Both the position numbers and the translations under genes were made by a program. A stretch of 64,000 nucleotides of DNA from an uncultured Gemmatimonadales bacterium (GTDB lineage: Bacteria; Gemmatimonadota; Gemmatimonadetes; Longimicrobiales; RSA9), in contig CAWCUS010000002.1 of the NCBI GenBank assembly GCA_963798845.1, positions 1 to 64,000 on the forward strand, read 5' to 3'. Below are positions 26,755 to 37,056 of this stretch, piece by piece. How positions within the stretch are numbered: position 1 is the first letter of the stretch; the number at the start of each line of letters is the position of its first letter. The notes under the pieces were generated by a model, which was given only the letters and a program-made list of their open reading frames with translations, had not been told where the DNA came from and ran no database searches.

Positions 26755-28211
26755 TGTCGGACGACAGAGCGGCGACGGCAGCGGAGCGGCAGGCCGGCGG
26801 CGAGGCCGGCGGAGATGCCAGTGGCAAGGCCGGCGGGGGCGGCACGGGGTTCGGGACGGGTGACGCCGCGAGTGCCGGGAACGGCGCCGGTGTGCACGCG
26901 CACCGGGGCGCGGAGCGGAAGACGCTGCGCACCGCGGAGCTTCCGGCGGGTGCGGAGGCGCAGCCGCCGGCCGACGAGATGACGCCGTTCGACGCGGTCA
27001 ACTATCAGTTCGACTGCGCGGCGAGGCGGCTGGGACTGTCGGAGCACCTCCAGGTGGCGCTGAAGACGCCGTACCGTGAAGTGATGGTGGAGATCCCGCT
27101 GATCGGCGACGATGGCGACATCCGCACGTTCCACGGCTACCGCGTCCAGCACAACAACGCCCGGGGCCCCATGAAGGGCGGGCTGCGCTACCACCCGGAC
27201 GTCGACCTCGACGAGGCGAGGGCGCTCGCATCGCTCATGACGTGGAAGACGGCGGTGGCGAACATCCCGTTCGGCGGGGCGAAGGGGGGCGTCGACATCG
27301 ACCCCGCCCGATTCTCGCGCGCGGAAGTCGAGCGGATCACGCGCACGTTCATCGGCCGCATCCACCAGTTCATCGGTCCCAACGAGGACGTGCCAGCGCC
27401 GGACGTGAACACGAACCCGCAGGTCATGGCGTGGATCGTGGACGAGTACTCGAAGTTCCGCGGCTTCACCCCTGCCGTCGTGACGGGAAAGCCGCTGGAG
27501 GTGGGCGGCTCACCCGGCCGGATTTCCGCCACCGGCCGAGGCGTTGCCATCATCGCAGCGAGGGCGGCAGCGGACGAACGCCTGGCACTCGACGGCGCCC
27601 GCGTTGCCGTACAGGGGTTCGGCAATGTGGGCAGCTGGAGCGCGCACTTCCTCTCGGAGCTCGGCGCTCGGGTGGTGGCCGTGAGCGACGTCGACGGCGG
27701 CGTGTACCGCGAGGACGGGCTGGACGTGGCGCGGCTGCGGGAGATGACGGCCGCGGGCGAGAGCGTGGCCGCCTGCGGAGACGGGGCCGAGCCGATCACC
27801 AACGCCGAGCTCCTGGAGCTGGACGTGGACGTGCTCGTCCCCGCCGCGCTGGGTGGTGTGATCACGCGCTGGAACGCCCGCAACGTCCGGGCGAAGCTGG
27901 TGGTGGAGGGGGCGAACGCGCCCACCACGCCCGCCGGCGACGCCATCCTCGAGGAGCGCGGCGTGAAGGTCGTTCCCGACATCCTCGCCAACGCCGGCGG
28001 CGTGACGGCATCATACTTCGAATGGGTGCAGAACCTCCAGCAGTTCCGCTGGTCCGAGGAGCAGGTGGACCGGGAGCTGAAATCCGTGATGGAGCGCGCA
28101 TGGGCCGAGGTGCGCGATGCCGCCCGAGAGCAGGAGACGTCGCTGCGGACCGCCGCGTTCATGGTGGCGATCCGCAGAGTGGCGCGGGCTGTTCAGGTGC
28201 GGGGGGGGTAG
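26754..28211 (+). CDS. gdhA: Glu/Leu/Phe/Val dehydrogenase (glutamate dehydrogenase) with Gly/Ala-rich N-extension
   Basis: GYRVQHNNARGPMKGGLRYH, FGGAKGG, DVPAPD, QGFGNVG, EGANAPT, PDILANAGGV. Confidence 0.9.
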   Translation: MSDDRAATAAERQAGGEAGGDASGKAGGGGTGFGTGDAASAGNGAGVHAHRGAERKTLRTAELPAGAEAQPPADEMTPFDAVNYQFDCAARRLGLSEHLQVALKTPYREVMVEIPLIGDDGDIRTFHGYRVQHNNARGPMKGGLRYHPDVDLDEARALASLMTWKTAVANIPFGGAKGGVDIDPARFSRAEVERITRTFIGRIHQFIGPNEDVPAPDVNTNPQVMAWIVDEYSKFRGFTPAVVTGKPLEVGGSPGRISATGRGVAIIAARAAADERLALDGARVAVQGFGNVGSWSAHFLSELGARVVAVSDVDGGVYREDGLDVARLREMTAAGESVAACGDGAEPITNAELLELDVDVLVPAALGGVITRWNARNVRAKLVVEGANAPTTPAGDAILEERGVKVVPDILANAGGVTASYFEWVQNLQQFRWSEEQVDRELKSVMERAWAEVRDAAREQETSLRTAAFMVAIRRVARAVQVRGG

Positions 28212-28217
28212 CGGGGG

Positions 28218-28492
28218 GAGGGGCTCGGCCTGACGGCCTCGCAGAGGGGCTCGGCCTGACGGCCTCGCAGAGGGGCTCGGCCATTCGGCCTCGCAGAGGG
28301 GCTCGGCCTGCGGCCTCGCAGAGGGGCTCGGCCATTCGGCCTCGCAGAGGGGCTCGGCCTGCGGCCTCGCAGAGGGGCTCGGCCTGCGGCCTCGCAGAGG
28401 GGCTCGGCCTGCGGCCTCGCAGAGGGGCTCGGCCTGCGGCCTCGCAGAGGGGCTCGGCCTGCGGCCTCGCAGAGGGGCTCGCTGACGCTCGC
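28218..28492 (+). repeat. Tandem array A: 10 x 25-26 bp plus partial unit
   Basis: GAGGGGCTCGGCC-(TGAC/ATTC/TGC)-GGCCTCGCA. Confidence 0.95.
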
Positions 28493-28543
28493 TCCGCGGC
28501 GGCTGTCGCCGCCGGGGTGAGTGGACCCGATCTGACCGCGGGC

Positions 28544-28756
28544 GAGCCCCTCTGCGCGCCTCCGGCGCGCCCCTCTGCGAACGAAGTGAGCCCCTCTGCG
28601 CGCCTCCGGCGCGCCCCTCTGCGAACGAAGTGAGCCCCTCTGCGCGCCTCCGGCGCGCCCCTCTGCGAACGAAGTGAGCCCCTCTGCGCGCCTCCGGCGC
28701 GCCCCTCTGCGAACGAAGTGAGCCCCTCTGCGCGCCTCCGGCGCGCCCCTCTGCGA
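28544..28756 (-). repeat. Tandem array B: 4 x 44 bp plus a 37-bp partial unit, core inverted relative to array A
   Basis: GAGCCCCTCTGCGCGCCTCCGGCGCGCCCCTCTGCGAACGAAGT; full units identical. Confidence 0.95.
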
Positions 28757-28860
28757 GGGCGGAGCCCGAGCCCCCCGCGGTGTACCACTTGGCCGGTGAC
28801 CTCCACGCCGGTAGTGTTGGCGAGACCGGAGCGGGACGGAAACGGCCGCATGGGAGCAGC

Positions 28861-30072
28861 GTGATCGAGCGACGGCAGACGGTGACGGTGGACGTGGGCG
28901 GAGTGAAGGTGGGGTCGGCCCACCCGATCGTCGTACAGTCCATGACGAACACGGACACGGCCAATGCGGCCGGCACGGCGGAGCAGGTGGCGCACCTGCG
29001 TGGTGCGGGCAGCGAGCTGGTGCGTGTCACGGTGAACAACGACGACGCGGCGAAGGCGGTGCCGGAGATCGTCGCGCGGCTGGCGGACGTGGGGCTGGAC
29101 GTGCCGATCGTGGGGGACTTCCACTACAACGGGCACCAGTTGCTGGCGAAGCACCCTGATGCGGCGGCGGCGCTGGCGAAGTACCGGATCAACCCGGGCA
29201 ATGTGGGAGCCAGGCGCCGGGACGAGAACTTCCAGACCATCGTGCGGATCGCGATGGAGCGGGGGAAGCCGGTCCGGATCGGCGTGAACTGGGGGTCGCT
29301 CGACCAGCACCTCCTGACGGAGATGATGGACGCCAACGCGCTCAGCTCGACGCCACTGGACGCGCGGGCCGTGATGATCGAGGCGATGATCGAGAGCGCG
29401 CTGCGCTCGGCCTCGCTGGCGGAGGAAACGGGACTGGGCCACGACCGGATCGTGCTGAGCGCGAAGGTGAGTGGTGTGCAGGACCTGGTGGAGGTTTACC
29501 GGAAGCTCGCGGCGCGCTGCGACTACCCGCTCCACCTCGGGCTCACCGAGGCCGGGATGGGGACGAAGGGGGTGGTCGCCACCACCGCCGGCCTCAGCAT
29601 CCTCCTCCAGGACGGGATTGGCGACACGATCCGCGTTTCGCTCACGCCGCGGCCGGGCGGCGACCGGGCCGAGGAGGTGCGGGTGGCGCAGCAGGTCCTC
29701 CAGTCGATGGGGATCCGGAGCTTCACTCCGCAAGTGACCTCGTGCCCCGGCTGCGGGCGCACCACGAGCACGTACTTCCAGCGGATGGCGGAGGAGATCC
29801 AGGCGTACACTCGCGACCGCATGCCCGATTGGCGGGTGCGCTACCCCGGGGTGGAAGAGCTCCGGCTGGCGGTGATGGGGTGCGTGGTAAACGGCCCGGG
29901 CGAGTCGAAGCACGCGCATATCGGGATCAGCCTGCCGGGCACGTTCGAGGAACCGAAGGCGCCCGTGTACGTGGACGGAGAGCTGCTCACCACCCTGAAG
30001 GGGGAGGGCCTGGTCGAGGAGTTCAAGGGGATCCTGGACCGCTACGTGGCAGACCGTTTCGCGCCGCGCTGA
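28861..30072 (+). CDS. ispG: HMBPP synthase (MEP pathway)
   Basis: [63 protein letters not shown]. Confidence 0.96.
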   Translation: MIERRQTVTVDVGGVKVGSAHPIVVQSMTNTDTANAAGTAEQVAHLRGAGSELVRVTVNNDDAAKAVPEIVARLADVGLDVPIVGDFHYNGHQLLAKHPDAAAALAKYRINPGNVGARRRDENFQTIVRIAMERGKPVRIGVNWGSLDQHLLTEMMDANALSSTPLDARAVMIEAMIESALRSASLAEETGLGHDRIVLSAKVSGVQDLVEVYRKLAARCDYPLHLGLTEAGMGTKGVVATTAGLSILLQDGIGDTIRVSLTPRPGGDRAEEVRVAQQVLQSMGIRSFTPQVTSCPGCGRTTSTYFQRMAEEIQAYTRDRMPDWRVRYPGVEELRLAVMGCVVNGPGESKHAHIGISLPGTFEEPKAPVYVDGELLTTLKGEGLVEEFKGILDRYVADRFAPR

Positions 30073-30137
30073 GTGAGGCGGAGTGCCCCCGCGCGTGAAC
30101 GGTCGTCCCGTCGCAGGTCTCGCCCTGGAGGAGCGGG

Positions 30138-30548
30138 ATGGCAAAACGCGACACCGGTGACCCCGGTATGGCGGGCTGGCGCGGGCGACGCGCGGTGGCG
30201 GCGTCGATCCTGGGCGTGGTCCTGGTCGGTGGGTACTTCGCCGCGCCGAGCGGGGACGCGGGGGCGCTTCCGGGGATCTACCTGCTGAACGCTGCGATCC
30301 TGGTGGTGGCATTCTGGTTCCCTGCCATGCGCATCGAGTCGGCGGGGGACGTGGTGCGCCAGTGGGTCCCGCTGCTGGTGTGGCTGCTGGCCTGGACGCT
30401 GGTCTGGGACCTCGCCAGCTCCGGCATCTGGGGCCGCCGCCGCGTCTTCCAGGAGTGGTGGCTGGTGTATCCTTCCGGCGTCGTGGTCCTCGGTGCGCTC
30501 CTGGCGCTGCACGGCGCCGTGGTCGGGCGGGTCGAAGGGCCCCGTTAG
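30138..30548 (+). CDS. Hypothetical membrane protein
   Basis: About four hydrophobic segments; RBS GGAGGAG. Confidence 0.7.
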   Translation: MAKRDTGDPGMAGWRGRRAVAASILGVVLVGGYFAAPSGDAGALPGIYLLNAAILVVAFWFPAMRIESAGDVVRQWVPLLVWLLAWTLVWDLASSGIWGRRRVFQEWWLVYPSGVVVLGALLALHGAVVGRVEGPR

Positions 30549-30568
30549 GCGACGGCGGAGGCCTCCCC

Positions 30569-31774
30569 ATATCCGCTCTCCTCTTCATCCTCGCCCTGGC
30601 CACGTGCGCCGGGAGCCTGCTGCTCGGCTTCGACCTGGTGCGGGGCCTGGCATCGCTCCCGCGGCTGCGGGACGCGCCGGACGCGGTGCAGACGGGCGGA
30701 GTGGAAGTCCCGACCGTGTCCGTGGTGGTCGCGGCCCGCGACGAGGCGCCCCACATCGCCCGAGCGATCCTGACGCTCCTGCGGCAGGACTATCCGCGCT
30801 TCGAGGTCGTGGCAGTGGACGACCGCTCCAGCGACGGGACCGGGCAGATCCTGGATCACATGAGGGACCCGCGGCTGAAGGTGCTGCACGTGACGGAGCT
30901 TCCGGACGGCTGGCTGGGGAAGAATTACGCACTGGAGCGGGGGGCGCGGGTTGCGACGGGAGAGCTGCTCCTGTTTACGGACGCCGACGTCCACATGCGC
31001 CCGGACGCCCTCCGACGCGCGGTCGGGCTGCTGGAGCGCGACCGGCTGGACCACCTGGCCGTGACGCCCCGGATCGACGCCGGAACCCGGTGGGCGAGGG
31101 CGGTGGTGGCGGTGTTCCTCGTCGTCTTCTCCACCTTCTTCCGCCCGTGGAAGGCGGTGGATCCGCGCAGCCCCTGGTTCATCGGCGTGGGCGCGTTCAA
31201 CCTGGTGCGGACCGACGCGTACCGCGCAGTGGGCGGCCACGGATCCGTGGCGCTGCGCCCGGACGACGACGTGCGTCTGGGCCGCGAGTTGAAGCGGGCC
31301 GGGTACCGGCAGGCGGCGGCCTCCGGTGCCGAGCGGGTGCAGGTGGAGTGGTACCCCTCCGTCGGAGCCATGGCCCGAGGCCTCCGCAAGAATGCCTTCG
31401 CCGTGGCGCGCTATCGCCTGTCGCTGGTCGCGGCCGGAACGGCGCTCCCTATCGTGTTCATCTTCTGGCCGCTCACGGCCCTCCTGGTCACCTCGGGCGC
31501 CACCTGGTGGCTGAACCTGGTCGTCGTGCTCACGGGTGCCCTGGTGACGGGCTCCATCGCCCGCGGTTCCGGCCTCCCGGCGTGGACGGGCGCAGTTTAC
31601 CCGCTGGCGGCGGCGACGCTGCTGTGGATCATCTGGTCAGCCGCGCTGCGGGCGGTCTTGCGCGGGTCCATCGAATGGCGAGGAACGGAGTACCCGCTGT
31701 CACGGCTGCGCCTGGCGGACCAGCGCCGTTTCAGACGAGCAGGATGGTGGCCGCGAAGGCGAGGGGGACGGTGA
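30569..31774 (+). CDS. Glycosyltransferase family 2, membrane-bound
   Basis: VSVVVAARDE, VDDRSSDGT, LPDGWLGK, LFTDAD, RPDDD, IEWRG; start codon uncertain. Confidence 0.85.
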   Translation: MSALLFILALATCAGSLLLGFDLVRGLASLPRLRDAPDAVQTGGVEVPTVSVVVAARDEAPHIARAILTLLRQDYPRFEVVAVDDRSSDGTGQILDHMRDPRLKVLHVTELPDGWLGKNYALERGARVATGELLLFTDADVHMRPDALRRAVGLLERDRLDHLAVTPRIDAGTRWARAVVAVFLVVFSTFFRPWKAVDPRSPWFIGVGAFNLVRTDAYRAVGGHGSVALRPDDDVRLGRELKRAGYRQAAASGAERVQVEWYPSVGAMARGLRKNAFAVARYRLSLVAAGTALPIVFIFWPLTALLVTSGATWWLNLVVVLTGALVTGSIARGSGLPAWTGAVYPLAAATLLWIIWSAALRAVLRGSIEWRGTEYPLSRLRLADQRRFRRAGWWPRRRGGR

Positions 31775-32786
31775 TGGCGAAGACCCAGAAATAGGCCCAC
31801 CCGAGCGTCCACCACTTGAGGAAGGTGACCATTCGACCCTGGCCGTACACCCGCCGCATGGCCAGGAAAACGTACGCGGCGACCCACAGGAGCAGGCCCA
31901 GGACAATCCAGCCGGCGAGCAGCCCCACCTGCCCCAGCAGCAGCATCGCGGTGAAGATCAGGAAGACGAAGGTGTGGACGTGGAGCAGGAAGATGAAATG
32001 CTCGGCGTAGAAGCGGCCCGTCCGAACGTAGAGGAGCTTCAACACCAGCGCGAAGATCGGCAGCAGGATGAACATCACGGTCGGGATGTAGCCGAAGAAC
32101 CCCCGCGCCACGCGCTCGGCGGCCTGTCGCGGCTCCATGGCACCGAGCTCGCGGGTTCGCCGCACGAGGACGGAATCCAGGCGCGCGATGCCCGTGTGGG
32201 CCGGCCCCAGCTTCAGCCAGCTGTCGCTCGTGTCCTGCTGCGCGGGCCCCGAGGCATCGGCGTGGGCGAGGCCGCTCACCCCGGAGTTGCGGGCGAGGCG
32301 GCTCGCCAGGGAGTCGCGGGCGGCGCGCACGTTGGCGCGCACCTGGGGCGCGAGTGTCGAGTCGGCGAGCAGGACGTCGAAGCGGGCCACCGCGGCCGAG
32401 TCGGCGTTGGCGCCGGTGACGCGGTCTGCCTCCCCGAACTCCGCGTGTTCGAGCGCATGCAGACTGAAGAACGAGAGGACGAGGAAGAAGATCACGCTAC
32501 CGGCCAGGTACATCTTGAGCGGCCGGACGTACCGGACAATGCGGCCGTCAATGTGCTCCCGGGTGAGAAAGCCGGGGTGCAGGAAGAGCCCGGCGAGCGT
32601 CCGGGGCAGCCGCTTGTCCAGGACGAACTGGTCCTCCAGAACGTCCATCACCATCGCCCGGACGGACACGCGCACCTCCGTCTTCCGCTGCCCGCACGTG
32701 GGGCAGTACTGCCCGGGCGTGGGATCCCCGCAGTTCCGGCACGGCTCCTCTGGGCGGATCACCGGCTCCTGGCGCGCTCTGGTCAT
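31731..32786 (-). CDS. DUF3667-type membrane protein with N-terminal zinc ribbon
   Basis: CRNCG..YCPTCGQ..PGFLT..RYVRPLKMYL; C-terminal TMs with YAEHFIFLLH. Confidence 0.82.
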   Translation of the reverse strand: MTRARQEPVIRPEEPCRNCGDPTPGQYCPTCGQRKTEVRVSVRAMVMDVLEDQFVLDKRLPRTLAGLFLHPGFLTREHIDGRIVRYVRPLKMYLAGSVIFFLVLSFFSLHALEHAEFGEADRVTGANADSAAVARFDVLLADSTLAPQVRANVRAARDSLASRLARNSGVSGLAHADASGPAQQDTSDSWLKLGPAHTGIARLDSVLVRRTRELGAMEPRQAAERVARGFFGYIPTVMFILLPIFALVLKLLYVRTGRFYAEHFIFLLHVHTFVFLIFTAMLLLGQVGLLAGWIVLGLLLWVAAYVFLAMRRVYGQGRMVTFLKWWTLGWAYFWVFAITVPLAFAATILLV

Positions 32787-32908
32787 GTGGCACAGAATTT
32801 CGGGACGGCGGCGGGTTGCCGCCACCCGGTGTGCGCGCCGCTCCGCCGCCCCGGCGTCCGCGCCTCACGACGAGGAGCGCGCCTTCCCTCACCCTTCCCG
32901 GCGTCGCC

Positions 32909-33244
32909 ATGGTATCCAACGACTACCGCGACTTCGTTCTGGAGCAGCTCCGGCGGGCCACGCCGGCCGTCGTTCATCATCGGGCAATGTTCGGCGGTGT
33001 GGGCATCTATGCGGACGGCGTGTTCTTCGCCCTCATCGCGGAAGACGTGCTGTACCTGAGGGCGGACGAGGAGACGCGGCCGGCGTTCGAGTCGCGCGGC
33101 ATGGGCCCGTTCCTCCCGTACGACGACCCGGCGCGCCCAATGCGCGGCTACTATCAGCTCCCCGGCGACCTGCTGGAGGATGCCGAGTCGCTGGGCGAAT
33201 GGGTGGAGGGGGCGGTGGCCGCGTCGCGGCGGGCTCGCCGCTGA
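32909..33244 (+). CDS. TfoX/Sxy N-terminal domain protein
   Basis: RAMFGGVGIYADGVFFALI..LYLRAD..YYQLP. Confidence 0.88.
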   Translation: MVSNDYRDFVLEQLRRATPAVVHHRAMFGGVGIYADGVFFALIAEDVLYLRADEETRPAFESRGMGPFLPYDDPARPMRGYYQLPGDLLEDAESLGEWVEGAVAASRRARR

Positions 33245-33249
33245 CACGA

Positions 33250-33861
33250 CTACCGGTCCACCGCACTGGCAGGAACCGTGACCCGCACCACGCCCCGGAA
33301 CTCGCCTTCGCGATAGCCGGTGGCCTGGTCGAGGGGGTAACGCTCGCTCAGAATGCTGCGCACGGCGGGGTCCATCTGGTCCGGGTCTCCGTGGCATTCC
33401 AGGCACATGTGCCCGATCCGGAGCGGAATGTAGTAGCGGTAGCTGCCCGCGGACGTGCGCTGCACGTACGATGACGGCGCTCCCGACGCCGACCCTTCCC
33501 GCGACGCGAAGTACGCCAGCGCTTCGGCTTCCAGGGAATCGGGGGCGTTGCGCGGGTTCCGCGTTCGGAGCGTGGTTCGCTTCACTTCCCACCCCGGCCC
33601 CAGGGAGCGCGACACGCTGTCGGTCAGCTCCTGCGCCTCCCCCGAGCAGAACGCGATTGCGTCCGCCGGGCCGCCGTTCGCCAGCGCAGCGTTGAGCCGC
33701 CCGCCGAGGGTTCGCACGAGCGACATGGCAGCGGAATCTCCGACCTCCGCCACCGCGGCGCGCGCGCCATCGTCAATGGCTGACTCGCCGCTCCCCCCGC
33801 ACGCGGCGGCGGCGACGGCGAGCGCGAGCATGCCCGTGACTGCGGTCCTCCTCTTCGCCAT
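33250..33861 (-). CDS. c-type heme lipoprotein (DUF3365/Tll0287-like)
   Basis: Lipobox AAAC; RNPRNAPD; CLECHG; YPLDQATGYREGEFRG. Confidence 0.85.
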   Translation of the reverse strand: MAKRRTAVTGMLALAVAAAACGGSGESAIDDGARAAVAEVGDSAAMSLVRTLGGRLNAALANGGPADAIAFCSGEAQELTDSVSRSLGPGWEVKRTTLRTRNPRNAPDSLEAEALAYFASREGSASGAPSSYVQRTSAGSYRYYIPLRIGHMCLECHGDPDQMDPAVRSILSERYPLDQATGYREGEFRGVVRVTVPASAVDR

Positions 33862-34107
33862 CGGTCCTCCTGGTTCGCTGCATCGCTGGAGGAAGCTGAC
33901 GCGCCGACGCTTCCCGCGCCATGGTTCCAGTCCTCGTGGCGGTGGGGGATCGGCTGGCGTTCGAAGCGCGGATGCGTGACGTTCGCTTCTGGTTTTCGCC
34001 CAATCATCCAGCTCACGGCGGATTCGTCACCGTCTTCCCGGTGAAGGTGCTGGTCGCGCGGCACCAAGTGAAGGAAGCGCTGAACGAGCCGCGAAGGACG
34101 GCAGGAC

Positions 34108-34758
34108 ATGGCTGACGGCAGGGGGTCCTTCTACGCCGATCGCCTCTACCCCCACCTTCTGGAGTGGGTGTCGGGACACTTCGATGATCGACGCCGCGCG
34201 CTGCTGGCCCGGGCGTCGGGGCGCGTGCTGGAGCTCGGTGTAGGGACGGGGGCGGGGCTCGGGCTCTACCCGCCGCACGTGAAGGAGGTCGTGGGAATCG
34301 ACCCCCATGCCGCCGTTCTGCGGCGCGCCGAGCGTCACCTGCGCCGGCTGCGCGCCTCGGACGTGGCCGCGCCGCCGTACCGCGTCGAGCTGGAGGCGGC
34401 GGATGCGCAGGCGCTCCCCTTCGAGGACGCCGCGTTCGACACGGTGGTCGCGTTCCTGACCCTGTGCACCGTGCCCGACCCCGACGCGGCGGCGCGGGAA
34501 GCGCGGCGGGTGCTGAAGCCCGGGGGTCGCCTGCTGGTGCTGGAGCACGTTGGGGCGGAGCCCGGGACGTCGCTGGCCCGATGGCAGGCGCGGCTCGACC
34601 CAGCCTGGTCGCGGCTGGCGGTGGGGTGCCACCTGGACCGCGACACGGCGGCCATCCTCCGCCGCGCCGGCTTCGACACCTCCCCGCTCTCCGCCTACCG
34701 CGACGACGCGCTCTTCCCGCCGACCGCCCCGAGGATCGAGGGCGTGCTGGTGCGGTGA
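34108..34758 (+). CDS. Class I SAM-dependent methyltransferase
   Basis: VLELGVGTG, LPFEDAAFDTVV, RVLKPGGRLLVLEH. Confidence 0.9.
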   Translation: MADGRGSFYADRLYPHLLEWVSGHFDDRRRALLARASGRVLELGVGTGAGLGLYPPHVKEVVGIDPHAAVLRRAERHLRRLRASDVAAPPYRVELEAADAQALPFEDAAFDTVVAFLTLCTVPDPDAAAREARRVLKPGGRLLVLEHVGAEPGTSLARWQARLDPAWSRLAVGCHLDRDTAAILRRAGFDTSPLSAYRDDALFPPTAPRIEGVLVR

Positions 34759-34895
34759 CCACCCGTCAGGCAACGCTTTCCGGCGCCTGCGCGTCCGAGG
34801 TTCGGGAAGGCGAGTGACCCCGATCCGCGCGACGGGGTAGACCACGAGGCCGGCGACCCGGCCGGCCCGGCAGACACAACGAGGAAAGCAGGCAC

Positions 34896-36968
34896 ATGCG
34901 AAGCAGCATTGGCAGGACGGCCGCGCTCGCGGTCGCGACCATGGTGGCGACGGCGTGCGCCAGGCCGGAGGCGCGGACGATGGCGGCGCCGATGGCGTCT
35001 GCCCCGTCGGCGGGGCTGGTGAGCGGGATCGCGCTGGAGAACTTCGACACCGGCGTGCGGCCGCAGGATGACTTCTACCGCTACGTGAACGGGAAGTGGC
35101 TGGAACAGACGGTGATCCCGTCCGACCGCTCGACCTACGGCGCGTTCACGGAGCTTTCCGACCGCTCGGAGCAGGATCTGAAGGAGATCGTGGAGGAGGC
35201 CGCCGCGGCCGAGGACGCGCCGGCGGGTAGCGACCTGCAGAAGGTGGGCGCGCTCTATCGCAGCTTCATGGACAGCGCGCGCATCGAGGCGCTGGGCGTG
35301 GAGGCGATCCGGCCGGAGCTGGATCGCGTCGCCGCGGTGAGGAGCCACGAAGACCTGCCGCGCTACTGGGGAGAGGCCGCGCGCACCGGCGGGGCTGCGC
35401 CGTTCGGCTCTCGCGTGTCGTTGGATCAGAAGCAGTCCGACCGGTACATCACGTACATGGGCGAGCGCGGGCTCGGGCTGCCCAACCGCGATTACTACTT
35501 CCAGGATGGGGCGCAGTTCGATCAGCTTCGCGACGCGTACCGCGCCCACATCGCGCGCATGCTGAAGCTCGGCGGGTGGCCGGACGCGGATGCGGCGGCC
35601 TCCTCGGTGTTCGATCTGGAGAAAGCCATCGCGGACAAGCACTGGACGCGCGTCCAGAACCGCGACCGCAACGCCACCTACAACAAGATGAGCGTCGCGC
35701 AGGCGGATTCGCTGATGGGCGACATCGACCTCGCCGCCTACCTGCACGCCGCCGGGCTCGAAGCCGCCGATCAGGTGATCGTGGCGCAGCCCACGTACTT
35801 CGAGGCGCTCCCCGCCATCGTCCACTCCGCCCCGATCGAGACGTGGAAGGCGTACGAAGCGTTCCACCTGCTGGACGGCGCAGCGCCCATGCTCAGCTCG
35901 GCGTTCGTGAATGCCAGCTTCGATTTCAACGGCCGTGTCCTCCAGGGGATCGCGGAGCAGCGGCCGCGCTGGAAGAACGGCGTCGACCTGGTGGGCGGCT
36001 CCCTGCGTGACGTGCTCGGGCGCCTGTACGTCGAGCAGCACTTCACGCCGGAGGCCAAGGCGAAGATGGACACGCTCGTCCACAATCTCCTGCGCGCTTT
36101 CGAGACGGGCATCGACAACCTCGACTGGATGAGTCCCGCCACCAGGACGGAGGCGAAGAGGAAGCTGGCGAACTTCACGCCGAAGATCGGCTACCCGGAA
36201 AAGTGGGAGGACTACTCGTCACTGGAGATCCGGGAGGGCGACCTCATGGACAACCTCCGCCGGGTGCGCGACTTCCGCTACCAGGACAACATCAGCCGAC
36301 TGGGCAAGCCCGTGGACCGGACCGAGTGGGGGATGCCGCCCTACATGGTCAACGCCTACTACAATCCGGTGATGAACGAGGTGGTGTTCCCGGCCGCCAT
36401 CCTCCAGCCGCCGTTCTTCAACGCCGCGGCCGATGATGCAGTGAACTACGGCGCCATCGGGGCGGTGATCGGCCACGAGATCAGCCACGGCTTCGACGAC
36501 CAGGGGCGCAAGTCGGACGGGGAGGGGAACCTGCGCGACTGGTGGACGCCCGAGGACGCAGCGGCGTTCCAGGAGAAGGCGGACCGGCTCGTGGCGCAGT
36601 ACACCGCGTACGAGCCGCTGCCGGAGCTGCACCTGAACGGACAGGCCACCCTCGGCGAGAACATCGGCGATCTTTCCGGCCTCACCGTGGCCTATGGCGC
36701 GTACAAGATCTCGCTGGCCGGGAAGGAAGCCCCGGTGATCGACGGGCTCACCGGTGACCAGCGCTTCTTCCTGGGGTGGGCCCAGATCTGGCGCACACTC
36801 TACACGGACCAGGCGCTCCGAAACCGCATCATGACGGACCCGCACTCCCCCGGCGAGTACCGCACCAACGGCATCGTCCGGCACGTGCCGGCGTTCGATG
36901 CAGCGTTCGACGTGCAGCCGGGCGACAGCATGTACCTGGCGCCGGACCAGCGCGTGAAGATCTGGTGA
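34896..36968 (+). CDS. M13-family zinc metalloendopeptidase (PepO-like lipoprotein)
   Basis: PQDDFYRYVNG, VNAYY, FPAAILQPPFF, GHEISHGFD, GENIGD, DPHSP. Confidence 0.95.
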   Translation: MRSSIGRTAALAVATMVATACARPEARTMAAPMASAPSAGLVSGIALENFDTGVRPQDDFYRYVNGKWLEQTVIPSDRSTYGAFTELSDRSEQDLKEIVEEAAAAEDAPAGSDLQKVGALYRSFMDSARIEALGVEAIRPELDRVAAVRSHEDLPRYWGEAARTGGAAPFGSRVSLDQKQSDRYITYMGERGLGLPNRDYYFQDGAQFDQLRDAYRAHIARMLKLGGWPDADAAASSVFDLEKAIADKHWTRVQNRDRNATYNKMSVAQADSLMGDIDLAAYLHAAGLEAADQVIVAQPTYFEALPAIVHSAPIETWKAYEAFHLLDGAAPMLSSAFVNASFDFNGRVLQGIAEQRPRWKNGVDLVGGSLRDVLGRLYVEQHFTPEAKAKMDTLVHNLLRAFETGIDNLDWMSPATRTEAKRKLANFTPKIGYPEKWEDYSSLEIREGDLMDNLRRVRDFRYQDNISRLGKPVDRTEWGMPPYMVNAYYNPVMNEVVFPAAILQPPFFNAAADDAVNYGAIGAVIGHEISHGFDDQGRKSDGEGNLRDWWTPEDAAAFQEKADRLVAQYTAYEPLPELHLNGQATLGENIGDLSGLTVAYGAYKISLAGKEAPVIDGLTGDQRFFLGWAQIWRTLYTDQALRNRIMTDPHSPGEYRTNGIVRHVPAFDAAFDVQPGDSMYLAPDQRVKIW

Positions 36969-37014
36969 CGCGAGGCTGAGACCGTCACGGCGGCGGCTGG
37001 CCGCCGAAGCGAGG

Positions 37015-37048
37015 AGCGGCGCGCCGGAGCACCCGGGGCGCCGCTTTT
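37015..37048 (+). terminator. Putative intrinsic terminator between convergent genes
   Basis: AGCGGCGC..CCGG-loop-CCGG..GCGCCGCT followed by TTT. Confidence 0.6.
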
Positions 37049-37056
37049 CCGTGATG

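Noticed and set aside
28218..28756. CRISPR array
   Set aside because: Units are contiguous with no unique spacers, and no cas genes are present in the window
28011..30756. Long minus-strand ORFs crossing the repeats and ispG
   Set aside because: Stop-poor GC-rich repeats and the antisense shadow of ispG
33921..34115. 64-aa ORF between the heme protein and the methyltransferase
   Set aside because: No RBS or recognisable motif; probably a divergent promoter region
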